Positions 1 through 11,039 of a stretch of 64,000 nt of DNA are shown here, one piece after another. Every line of letters starts with the position of its first letter. The first letter of the stretch is position 1. The notes beneath the pieces were generated by a model. That model ran no database searches. It was not told where the DNA came from and was given only the letters and a program-made list of their open reading frames with translations. Source of the stretch: Caecitellus pseudoparvulus (lineage: Eukaryota; Protista; Bigyra: Bicosoecida); NCBI GenBank assembly GCA_965644315.1, contig CBFFRQ010000043.1, positions 186,001 to 250,000 on the forward strand, in the 5' to 3' direction. A program made the translations under genes and the position numbers.

Positions 1-3
1 GCA

Positions 4-1305
4 CTATGGCCTGGCACCTCTGAGCACGGGGAACGGCACCGTCAGCAGGAAGAAGAGGACTGAACCAACACATGACCCAGCTTGGATGCCAGCGCCGCCC
101 CATCGGAAGGTCTGGTGGTCGCTTGCCCCCTCCTGCGACGCGGGAACTTCCTGGCGAGTGCCCTCCGCACCACACACTGCCTCAGCGCTGGCCAACTCCA
201 CAGCAGGTGTGGCGGCATGTCGCATGCCCTCCTCCACCGGGCCATGGTGCTGTAGGAACAGGGATGTCTTGGTGTATGCAAGCAGTGCCTTGAGCACCGT
301 GACGAGGGTGCCGCCCAGCACCGGCGGAGTGCTGGCGCCGTGCCCTGCTGCCGCCACCACCATCCACAACGCACAACCAGCAAGGGCGGCACTGAGGGCG
401 GCCCAGGGCCAGGGCGTGTGGTGTGGTGGTGGCGCCACCAGGGCCAGCAGGGTGGCGCAAGAGGCCGCCGCGGCTGACGCCTTCACGCTCCACGCCACCA
501 GGCTGGCTGACGAGGCGTGGCCTGACAGGGCCAGGGGCAGCAGTGTGACGTGCACGCCGTTCTCCAACACAGCCAGAACAGCCTGCTGCAGGAACAGCCT
601 GGGTCCTGCGCCGCCCAGTGCATGCTTGCCGTGGTGGCGGGGTGGGGGGGGTGTTGTCGGCAGCAAGGGTTCGTCTCGCCCCGGCACGGGGCGTGGCGGG
701 TGGCACCAGGCGATGGCAGCATAGGCGGCGACGGAGGCCAGGGATATGCCAGTCAGGGCCAGGAAGAAGTCCCGCACAGGAAACGTGGTGGGCCCACCCT
801 GCCCGGCCGGTTGCTGGGCGGCGGCCAGGGCGGAGGCCAGCAGCCCCGTGGCCGCCTCGCCCACCATGAGGGCGGTGGTGTCCGGTGCTGAGTACCGCTG
901 CAGGATGGGGTAGAACAGCACGGAGGTCATGCAGTCCACGCCGCCGCCCAGGAAGGCGCCCAGCAGCAGCAGGACGCTGGCGGGGCCGTGCAGGCCACGT
1001 ACCGTGACGCGCCAGCCCCACGCCAGCACGGCACACGCGGCGGTGCCCACCACGCCGACCACTGCGAACACCATGTAGTGCTCCACGCGGGCCCGCGTCG
1101 CGGGTGGAAGGGTCCGCGTGGCGGCGATGTAGGCCACGGGGAAGACGTTGGCCGCAGCCACCACCACTGCCATGTAGCTGAAAATGGCGTAGCCTTCAGG
1201 CGCCTCACTGGCGATGAGGGGCAGCTCCTGGTACACGCCGTTGATGGTGATCCAGGAACCCAGCCCCATGACCAGGAACAGCAGCGCCCTGCGCCACGGG
1301 AGCAT
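4..1305 (-). CDS. SLC52/RFT-family riboflavin transporter
   Basis: N-terminal LFLVMGLGSWITINGVYQELPLIASEAPEGYAIFSY and C-terminal GAGIQAGSCVGSVLFFLL match the SLC52A signatures (GxGSW..NG.W.ELP...LPEGW.LPSY; G..IQ.GS..G); multiple TM segments. Start taken at ATG 1305; ATG 1380 is an alternative. Confidence 0.85.
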   Translation of the reverse strand: MLPWRRALLFLVMGLGSWITINGVYQELPLIASEAPEGYAIFSYMAVVVAAANVFPVAYIAATRTLPPATRARVEHYMVFAVVGVVGTAACAVLAWGWRVTVRGLHGPASVLLLLGAFLGGGVDCMTSVLFYPILQRYSAPDTTALMVGEAATGLLASALAAAQQPAGQGGPTTFPVRDFFLALTGISLASVAAYAAIAWCHPPRPVPGRDEPLLPTTPPPPRHHGKHALGGAGPRLFLQQAVLAVLENGVHVTLLPLALSGHASSASLVAWSVKASAAAASCATLLALVAPPPHHTPWPWAALSAALAGCALWMVVAAAGHGASTPPVLGGTLVTVLKALLAYTKTSLFLQHHGPVEEGMRHAATPAVELASAEAVCGAEGTRQEVPASQEGASDHQTFRWGGAGIQAGSCVGSVLFFLLTVPFPVLRGARP

Positions 1306-1528
1306 GGTGTGCGCGGCACAGGGCTCACATGGCGTGCTTGCGGAAATCGAAACCCTGCCGGAGCTCGCCTCCTGCCGCATGGTGGCCCCACGTCACATGC
1401 ACGGTGGGCAAAGCGTACACATGCATTGGACCTAGTGTGACGCCTCCGCGATCGCCATGGTGCGCACTGTGCGTGGCACAAGCGCGGTGACGGATTTGCC
1501 GAGGCGTTGTCTTTGCCTGCTCGCCACG

Positions 1529-4500
1529 TCAGCCTCGCGGGTGGGTGGGTCCAGGGGTGACTTGTGGAAAGACAGGCAGCGGGTGGGCCTCTGTGTTCAG
1601 GGACCACTGTGACAGCGGCAAGACGTCGTCGTCTGAGAAGAGCAGGTACAGGTACTTCAGCGTCTCTGCGAGGAAGAAGCTCTCCATGCTGTCCCTCAAA
1701 TTCCGCCGCTCCTGCGTTGCGTACATGGTGGCCGGCGCTGACTCGGGCACGCGCAGGCCAGGCGCGAGGGGCACGCTGCTCGCCTGCTCCTGCCCCTGTT
1801 CTGCTGGAGCGTTGAAGACGGGCTGCCCGGTCAGCCCGACGATGTCCTCCAGCACAGAGGGCGGCATTGTGACGCCGCGAGGGAGGGCTGGTGCGACGTG
1901 GCGGCCAGCTGAGGCGCCGCGCTGCATGGCCTGCACCAGGCTGGGCACATCCCACGTCAGCCAGGCCAGGGCGCGCCCAGCAGGGGTGGTTTTGCGCACA
2001 TCCTTGACGCTGGTGAAGCCGCCCCAGACCACTTTGGCCTGCATCTGCAGAGCCTGGAAAATGCGCCAGCCCCACTCCCGGTACTGGGGATCGTGCGTTA
2101 CCCGCCACAGCACGAGGAGTGACTCCGCCGTCTCGGGCCGCAGCAGGGAGTGTGCGGCATCCTTGTTGATGGACGTGTCGCCGCGACCCGCGTGCGGGGG
2201 GATGCGCCCACCCCCCCGCACGGCCCGGGCGAAGTCTGCCGTCACCCCCCGCAGTACAGCAGCGCGCAGGGCAGGGGAGAGCACTTGTGCCGCCCCCGTC
2301 GTGTCCACCCCCTGCCGGGTCCCGCTCCCGCCCACGCCGGCGTCGGCAGCGGCCATCCACGGCAGGTGCGGGAGGGGGGTGCCGCCCACCAGCCCCGCCA
2401 GAGAGTGGTGCACGCTGGCAGGTGGGGCGTCGGCGTCTTCGAAGGTGCTGATTTCCGGCCCCAGCCCCGTCTCCGCCAGGGTGTAGGGGGTCATGCAGGA
2501 CTTGGCCAGCTCGGCTGCGGTGGCGAGGAGCGCGTGCAGGGTGGCGTCGGGAGCGGGGGCGGCGGCGAAGTAGGTGTCCACTTCCCCGAACACTTGTTCC
2601 GCGTGCGTTTCCAGAGCGCGGACCAGTTGGACGTCCCCTGCCGGCAGCGACCACCCCGCCATGCGTGTCAGGGGCGAGGCCAGGCGTGCCTGGGGGGTGT
2701 CCACCCCCCCCCCTGCACCCCCTCCACCCACGAAGCGCTTGTGCGCCCGCAGCACCTCATGCAGTGCCGATGCAGTGTACTTCTGCAGCCCGTCCACTGC
2801 CGTGAGGATGCGGCTCGCGGGGGCGGTGTCCAGCGCGGGGGTGGCCGCATCCTGGGCGCCGCTGCCTGCGGCGGGGGGCACGTCCGGTGCCAGCCACGCA
2901 GTGCGGGGTATGGCGCCACCCCCCGCCCTGACCCCCGGCAGCGCCACGTCCAGCACCGCCTCCGTCAGCTCTGCGATGTGTCCCAGTGTGTGCACTGCCC
3001 ACAGGCTAGTGTTCACGCCGGCACCGTGGGCCGCCCCCAGCGCCAGGACACCAGGCAGGAAACAGGCCAGGTGGTCCATCTTCCCGCTGCGGGGGGGATG
3101 CTGCCCTGCCGCTGCGTGCCGGGCCTGTCGGAGGACGTCGGCGCCCGATGCGTGTCCCGTGTTCTGCGGCGGCAGGGCAAGCCCCTGCACCCCCACGGCG
3201 GCTGCAAGTTGGCCCAGCTCCCGCAGGAGTGGCACCAGGGTGGGCTGACCAGCTGGTGCGGCGCGGGCACGAGCCATGGCGTCACGGAGGAGGGCCCTGG
3301 GTCGTGGAGGGGGGGTGCCTGTCCCCCCCTCGCCTCGTCCACGCTTGGGCCGAGGGGGAGGTGGTCCGAAGCCGTCCCCCCCATCCGGCACCTCAGCGAG
3401 GAACTGCAGGTGGTGTCCAGGCGTATTACGCAGGAGGCGGGACAGGATCCCATGCACTGACGCGTGGTACAGGTCCAGGGCCAGCCCGCCCGTGGCTGCG
3501 GATGCCGGCGCCGGACGGGACCCGGACCCACCCTGCCTGGACTCCAGCTTGCGCATGCCCCCCAGCGCCTGCGCCACCTGCCCCATTTCCACAGCCGGCG
3601 CAGTGGACGGCGTGGCCGCACTGCTGTCCACCTGCGCCGCCCGAGTCACATCGCCCAGCAACGCCACTGCCGTGGCCACCGCCTCGCCCACTGCCGTGGT
3701 GTTGGTCAGGGGCGAGGAGTCTCCCGGCATGCCCCGTGACAGCCACAGCTTCAAGAAGTACTCGTAGGCGGAGTCTCCCCGCGCGCCCAAGGTGATGGGA
3801 AAGTGCCGTCCCACCTTGCCGGATGTCGGGTCCAGGTAGGCGTTCCAAAGGCCCGAGGCGCGGTGGGGGCCGCCGGCGCCGCCCTGCAGCACCCAGTGCA
3901 GGTGCGTCACGGCTTCGTCTGCCAGGGTGGCGTAGGCGGTGTCCCCGGTTGCCCGGGACAGGTACTCGAACTCCAGCTGTAGGGTGAGGGCCTCCGCCAC
4001 GGACGAGTGTCCCTGCACCCAGGCGGGATTGGAGGCGCTGCCGCCCACCCCCGCCGCAACGTCTGCGGGGGAGGCGGGCAGGGTGACAGTGCCCTTGGGG
4101 ATGCCCCAGGGCGTGTCAAACGCGCCGCTGGCAACCAGTGCATCCGCGACTAGGGTGGCTTTCTCCAGCAGCGCCCCCTCGCCGCTCATGGCATAGGCGG
4201 AGAGGAGGCCGCCCAGGATGCGGATGGTGGTTTCGAACAGGTTGATGTTTGCCTGGCCAGCGACGGTGAGGTGTTCCGACACCCACGCCAGACCAGTCCG
4301 GAACACGTCTGGCAGCCCCATGACCAGGGCCGTGTCCAGCGCGTCCACCACCGTCATGCCCATCTTGCAGAGACCCTCGTCCCCCCCCTCCCCCTGCCTG
4401 GACACGGGGCGCAGCGCGTCAGACCCCAGCGCAAAGGTTGTGTACCCATGCCAGGCATGCTGAAAGGCACGCCGCACTGCTTCTTGCCGTGCGAAGCTGA

Positions 4501-6461
4501 CGACGGCGTCTCCAGGCAGCGCCTCCAGGCTGGAGGGGGTGTCAGGGGGGGTGCTCGCGGCCTGCAGTCTGGCGCGCTGGGCGTGCAGGGGCGAGTCGGC
4601 ATGCCGTGCGAACTCCCCAGTGTGCAGCGTCTCGGGGGGGATGGCTGTGTCTGCACTGGCAGCCTCAGAGGGGGTGGGTGCTCCTTTCCCCTGGCACAGC
4701 ACGCGCAAGGAGGATGCTGCGCTGACCCCCCCTCCGCGTGGAGCCACAGGGGGCTTCAGGAAGTCCTGAGGGCTGGGGCGGGCGGTGTCCCGCTGGCGCT
4801 GGGCAGCGTGCTCCCATTGTGGCCCCCAGCGGGGGGTGCCCCAGGACGGCTGCTGGGGGGGGGACCCCGCCCCCCACACGCCCCACCTCCGCCGCCGCAT
4901 CTCGGCGACATCCTCCCCTCGCTGGTGCAGAGCTGCGCGCAGTGTGCGTGTGTGAGTCAGGCCGGAGGCGGCGAGTCCGACATCCCAGTACCCGAACAAG
5001 GATGTTCCGGGTGGCATGGAGATGTGGCCTGTGGGGCCAAGAACCCGGCCATGCATGGGCTGTCCCGCCAGCTGCCCCAGCGCAGGGTGTGGGGCGGTTT
5101 CCCCCCGTCGTCCGCATACGCCTTGGGGGGACGCAGTGGCCACCGCCAGCATGGATGCCAGCTCCCCCTGCACCACCTGCACCATGGCCGTCAAGTCGAA
5201 ACCCAGGTCCAGAACACCCACAGGTCCAGGGGAAGTGGACAGGGGTGAGATCTGCCCGGGGGCGGCCATGTCCAGTGGTGGATCCGCCACATCCGGTGGG
5301 GGGGTCGGCGAAGGGGAAGGGGATGCAGGCGTGGGCGCCGGGTCAGGGGCCAATCCCTCGTCTTGGAAGATGCCTCCCTGGGGCGCCAGAGCCAGGCGCA
5401 CAGCGTGGGGCAGCGGCGGCGGCGGCGGCAGGCTCCACACCCGTGCAGACATGGTCATGAGCGCGTGGTGCAGGGCTTGCAGCGAGGGCCGGCACCAGCG
5501 GTGCAGCGAGCCGTGAGCCCGCTGGGACCGTGGTGGCAGCACGCTGTGGGGCGTGTCGGGCAGGGACAGGTGCAGGGCTTGTAGGTGCTCGTGGTGCGGC
5601 GTGGGTGGCGGGGGAGCTGCCTCCTCCACGGCGACGGTGCCGTTCAAGTGCACCAGCATGCGGGGCAGGGGGATGGTGTGGGCGTCCAGGACGTCCTGCA
5701 GCTCCTCGTCATCCAAGTCCTCCTGCAGCAGTGCTGCCACGGACGAGGCCCAGTGCAGATGCGGGCGCCATCGCCGGCGCAGCAGGACCTCCCGCTCCTC
5801 CCCCTCCTCTGCCTCCTCCCGCTCATCCAGCTTGGTTCGGAAGAAGTACGCTTCTGACGCACGCAGGTAGGATCTTGCGCGTGCAATAGCGAGCTGCCGC
5901 TCTGTCGCGTGCAGGGCGGAGGCCAGGCGTTTCACCTGCGTTTCTAGGTCGGACACACGAGCCTCGACGACGGACTGCCCTGCCGCCACAGAGCCTGCTT
6001 GGCCTTGCACGCCACTGATCCACGCCTGCGAGGGTGTCCAAGGCACAGGGGCGTATGGGAGCCTGCTCACATGTCTGATTGCGGAGCAAGGCACGCACCA
6101 CTGACGCAGCTGCGGAGTTGGCTGCCTTAGCAGCACAGCGCACCGTGCCGGTCACTGGGTCTTCCACGCAGCCCTGCTGCAGGAACAGGGCACAGTGCCG
6201 CGCACAGGTGAAGTTCGTGTGCCCGCACGCTACGTGGGAAATCAGCGTGCCCCCTGCACACTCGCAGAATCCCGCCACATCTGGCGGCACAGGGTGCTCG
6301 CAGTGCACGTCGGCGGCAGGCAGCCGACGCCCCCACGGGTCGCAGCCTGCCGTGGCGCGCCAGGACACACACGGCGACGGGGCGGCCTCGCCTGGCACCG
6401 CAGCTGCAGCTGCAGCCAGCGCCAGGGCCAGCCACAGCGGTGCCGCCCGCCACCGGTCCAT
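1529..6461 (-). CDS. Class I alpha-1,2-mannosidase (GH47) with signal peptide, Cys-rich N-terminal domain and coiled coil; 2 exons (6461-6099, 6025-1529), ~1619 aa
   Basis: GH47 motifs AFQHAWHGY, NLFETTIRILGGLLSAY, LQLEFEYLS, GARGDSAYEYFLK, MDHLACFLPG, LLRPETAESL, MESFFLAETLKYLYLLF, NTEAHP. A 73-nt GTGCGT..CAG intron (6098-6026) joins ORF 5823..6584 (MDRWRAAPLWLALALAAAAAA signal peptide) in frame to ORF 1529..6136. Confidence 0.9.
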
Positions 6462-6580
6462 GTCCGGGCAGCTGACCTTCGCCAGGGCACCGGCGCGAGG
6501 CGGTGGGTGGGGCAGCCACACGCCCAGCGGCAGCGACAGGCGCGCGTGCATTCGTGGCGAATTGGCCTTGACGCATGGAG

Positions 6581-9308
6581 TCAAGGCTGTGCCGACCCCC
6601 CCTCCTCACGCCACTGGGGGGGGGGGGTCTGGGCCACACTCGAAGAGGTCATGCTGTCATCCACAAGTTGCAGGCCATCCAACTGCACGCTGCCCTGCGC
6701 GCTGCTGCCGGTGCTGGACCATGTGCGCGTCAGACCCACGGCACCATCCTCTCCAGCGGGCGCTTGGCCTGTCGTAGCCCGGGGGGGACCAGCTTTGGAG
6801 CCAGGCGCATCCCCCGCTCTGCCCGCCCTGGCCACTTTGGCGTAGTGCCGCCGGGCCGCCTTGGCCTGCGTGGCAGGGACAAACACCACCTCGCTGGAGT
6901 TTGCCTTGTGCATCATGGAGGCTGTCAGGCGCATGAGTCGCTTCGCCAACTTGCGCTGCTTGCGCTCGGCCCGCGCCTTCTCCTTGGCCAGCTGGGCGGG
7001 GGTCTTGGGCTGCGGACGAATGGGCCCACCGGTGGGCCCACCCCGCCCCGCACCACTGCCCTCTATGCGGGGCAGACTGGAGGGGCGGGGCAGGCCGGGG
7101 CTGGAGAGCCCGGGTTTGAGCTGCTTGGGGCTGCCGTGGTCGGTGCTGCGACTGCTGTCGCCCCCCAGCCCAGCTGTCGTGACACGCAGGAGGGTGGACA
7201 CCCACGCCTCTTCGGGGGACATCGGCTCCCCTGCCGAGTCCTCGTCGTCGCCGCTGGTGGGGCTGGTGCTGGAGCGGCTGCGGCCGCTGCCCAGACTGTC
7301 CAGCTCGTCCAGCCGGATAGCCACGACGTTGTGCTCTTTCTCGTCCACGCCGCCCGCCTCGGTGGAGGATGAGATGCGCATGCCGAAGGTGCGGTCCACG
7401 ATGAACATGAGCGCAATGCCTGTCAGCAGGCCCCATGCGACGATGCTCACCAGCGCCAGCAACTGCACCCCCAGCAGCGTCCCGTCGCCGCCGTAGAAAA
7501 TCCCCGTCAGCGTGTTGCCTCGGAAGCGCCGTGGCGGCACGGCGAAGAAGCCCGTCATGATCAAGCCATACGCCGCAACACAGACGTGGATGGCGACGGC
7601 GCCCACTGGGTCGTCGATGCGCCGCTTCACCACCAACTCCCCCGCGTAAATGCCCACGACTGCGCCCATGGCGCCGATGAGGATGGCGGCCCAGCCATCC
7701 ACCACTGCCGCGGGGCCCGTGATGGCCACCAGGCCCGACAGCAGCCCTGTGATGACTTCAAACACGTCCACATACAGTGCCCGAGAGCGGGCGTAGCTGA
7801 GGAGGAGAGCAGCGGCAGTGCCGGCGCCGGACGCCAGGCCAGTGTTCCACGACACGATGGCAGCGACGATGTCCCGGCCGTTGGTCAGGGTGATGGTACT
7901 GCCGGCGTTAAACTCGAACCAGCAGTACCACAGGATGAGGGTGCCGAAGGCGGCGTTCAGGGGGCTGGCGCGTATTGGCAGGTACCGTCCAGAGGATGTG
8001 AAGACGCCTGCGCGAGGACCGAGGAACAGTGTCGCGACGAGGCCGATGGTGCCGCCCAGCAAGTGCACAGGACCCTGCCCAGCCAAGTCAATGACGCCCA
8101 GCTTGTAGAACCAGCCGTCCTTGCTCCACATCACGTGGGCCACAAACGGGTACACGAATGTGCTCTGTGGAGGCGTGCAGGGGTGCGTATGGGCAGGCGC
8201 ACAGGCGCGCACGCACAGCCGCACACACCTGGAGGAATGACAGCATCACATAAGCCAGGAACTTCACGCGCCCTGCGGCGGCCCCCGAGACGATGGTGGC
8301 AGACGTGGCGGCAAACTGTGCAGTAGGTGGGGGGAGTGGCTTTGGAACGGTCTGGAACGGCGGGGCCCTGATGTGGGCAGGTCAAGGCACGCACGCTCCA
8401 ATGGAAGACCACCTCGGGGAAGTGGTTGTACACCCCAGCCAGCGCAAACTGAGACGTGCCCATGAAGCCCGACAAGCCCTCCCCGACGCCAGCTGCCGCG
8501 GGCCCAAACTGTGGAATGAAGGAAAGCTGACGTGGAGCGGGCCGGTTTCCCGCAGCGTGCTGCAGGCAGGCGAGGTCGCGCGCTGCACGCACAGCAATGG
8601 CCCATCCGATGAGGTAGAAGCCAATGGCGCTCACAGACATGTCAGCAACTGCAGGAGGAGTGGCGTGCGTGTGCGTGGAGCGGCGGCAAGGTGCGGTCCG
8701 TGCCTTCGTCAGCTTTGCTGGCAACCTGGGCCAGGGCTGCGCGCCACTGCCGGCACATAGCAGCTGCGAAGTACCCCCGACGTCGTATGGCACGTAATAC
8801 GCACTATTCTTCATCAAAATGCTACTGGTGTTGCGCGAGGAGACCTGCGGGGCGGTGAAAACACGGAGCAGTGCCGCGCGGAGTTGCTGGGACACGCCGA
8901 TCGGGCAGTGGCCACGAACGCACCAGCCCTGCCTCCAGCATGGCGAACCTGCGCAAGGAGACGGGCAGGGCGTGCTCAATGCACAAGGGCAGCGCAGTGC
9001 GCATGGAGCACGCAGCTAGCTTCGCTGCTGTGCGCGTCCCAGCCTTGGAGCTGCCACGCACCCTGCTTGCTGTGAATGCAGGCGACGGCAAGGAGTGCGG
9101 CGTTCGCCTGCTGGGACAGGCGTACAGCGCGCAGGGCGAGGAGATGCAGCTCCAGACCACGCACCATGGCGAGAATGGAGAAGGTCCGGGACATGATCCA
9201 GCCGTGGTCCACCGTGTCGCGCAAGGAGTGCAGCTGTTCAGCCTGCTGGGACAGCCTGGCCTCCAGATCAGCAACGCGGGCCGTCAAGTTCGCTGCTGCC
9301 AGCGCCAT
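6581..9308 (-). CDS. Ammonium transporter (Amt family), 8 exons: 9308-9165, 9069-9062, 8948-8924, 8844-8805, 8648-8593, 8508-8395, 8315-8229, 8164-6581; ~685 aa with long C-terminal tail
   Basis: Spliced product reads MQAGFAMLEAGLVSSRNTSSILMKNIAD...FHWSFAATSATIVSG...YPFVAHVMW...DLAGQGPVHLLGG...LGPR...GLLSGLVAIT...DDPVGAVAIH. All seven introns are GT..CAG and phase-compatible. Confidence 0.93.
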
Positions 9309-9721
9309 GCCTAGGAGGAGTCTGTGCTGCCCAGAGAATGCCTATGTAATCCCTTTCCAATGGCGGGGACCTCAGGATGGCATGCGTGCGCAGAGAGTGC
9401 TGCGCGTACTGCAGGTGGCACACCCACGCAACGGCGGTGTCGCAGCGACACGGTGTGGGTGCAGACGCCACTGGCTGTACTGCTCGCCAGCTGAGCAGCA
9501 GGGCGGCAGCCTCTGCTGCTGGGCGATTTATAGTGCCAGGGGTATGTGGGATGCGGCTCCTGGCTGCATTATGTCGTACGCAGCGAAGTGAGGGCCATGA
9601 AGCGCTGGGTGTGTGGTTGGCTGACGACTCAGCACGCACATTGTGCTGCCAAAACACTGTGTCTGGAAGGGTGCAGCGGAGGGCGGAGCATGCGAAGGGC
9701 GTCCCGCCACGTGATTCCATC

Positions 9722-11030
9722 ATGGCCGCCAGCGAAGTGACGCTGTGGGGGCTGCACCCCTTGTTTTGGGTGAGTTGCCCCGCATTTTGCAGCTTGGCAT
9801 GGTTGACACACTCATCTGCGAGCCACGCCACAGATTGACGTGTCTGTCTTTGCCTGCCACATCCTGCAAGCAAAGCCATTCGAGGGAGATGGTGTGATCG
9901 CTTGCATAGGCGGGCATCCTGTGCGCAAAGTGGCACTGTGTGGCACCATAGTATCGTTCAAACGGGGGGCGGGGCGATGTGCGTAACGCGCGCGAAACGG
10001 CAGTGTCCTTCCGCCCGCCTCCCTGCACTCACACTGAATTATGCACGCAGATGACATCGCCCTGGACGATGGCACAGGAGTTATTGACATACAGGCATGG
10101 ACGACACTGCCCGGTGGCGCACCCAACGTGACCATGCCGGCGTTGGAGTTGGGGCAAGCTGTCCAGGTGCGTGGCTCGCTGAAGCCAGTCACGTGGGGTG
10201 CCAGCGACCCCGGCCGGCCTGCGTGGGAGGTGTCTGCACACAGCGTCACTGTGTGCGAGTCCTTCCTAGACCTCCTCACTGCCTGGGCCGATACGGTCCG
10301 CCTGTGGCGGCAGGAGTACAGCAAGTCCCCAGCCACTCTGGCGCCGTCCCTGCCCCCTGCTGTCGCCCTGGCCGGCACAGGCGCCGCAGGGGAAGGCCCC
10401 GCAGGTCACGGGGGCGCCGCCTTGGGCCAGGACCAGGTGGCGGCGCTGGTGTGGCAGTGGTTGCTGCAGGCTCCAGCTGGGGCGGCCGTGTCGTCTGCGC
10501 AGGCCCAAACAGCCCTAGCTGCAGCAGGGCATGCCGTCACTGAGCGCCAGGTGCAGGCGTGTCTGTCGGACCTGGTGGCAGCGGGGGATGCACTGCAAGT
10601 GGGGGGCGGGCGCACGTTCCAGGCGGCGGCGGGGCACCCGGCCTTGCTGCCCGCTGTGGCCCACGCCTTCACACTGCTGGCTTGGCCAGCAGCAGCGGCA
10701 GCCGTGGGGGGGTGCCGCTGCGACTCGGGGGGGGCGTGCTGTCTGCAGGCGCTGGGCCCACCGCCGCAAGCAGCGCCTGAAACACACGACTCCTCCGGCA
10801 CGCACGAGGGCATCGCCAGCGAAGCAATTGCCGAGAAAGTGCGGGAGGTGTGGACCCCCCTGCGCCCGCTCCCCTCCGCCACGCTGCACGCTGCACTGGT
10901 GGCTGCCGAGGGGGAGGGGTGGCTGGTGCCCCTGCAGCGGGGATGGTGGTGGGTGCCGGGGGATTGGGGTCCGCTGTTGGCGGGCCTGCACGACGGGTGG
11001 GCCCACTTGCAGCGCCTGATGCGCGGCTGA
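9722..11030 (+). CDS. STN1: CST complex subunit STN1-like OB-fold protein; 3 exons (9722-9769, 9834-9978, 10051-11030)
   Basis: Spliced product LWGLHPLFW...GHPVRKVALCGTIV...YDIALDDGTGVIDIQAW...LGQAVQVRGSL parallels STN1 (LWGLDPVF...GHPIKQVDVLGTVI...VDDSTGVINCICW); C-terminal half is compatible with winged-helix domains. Confidence 0.75.
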
Positions 11031-11039
11031 TGTGTCGCC

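Noticed and set aside
8165-9164. Introner (mobile intron) family suggested by repeated GTGCGT donors
   Set aside because: Intron bodies share no visible similarity beyond splice signals and have no TIRs.
5900-9300. Similar ARV(A/S)DLE segments in Amt and GH47 (also kelch and glycosyltransferase C-termini)
   Set aside because: Generic coiled-coil heptads; no DNA-level repeat.
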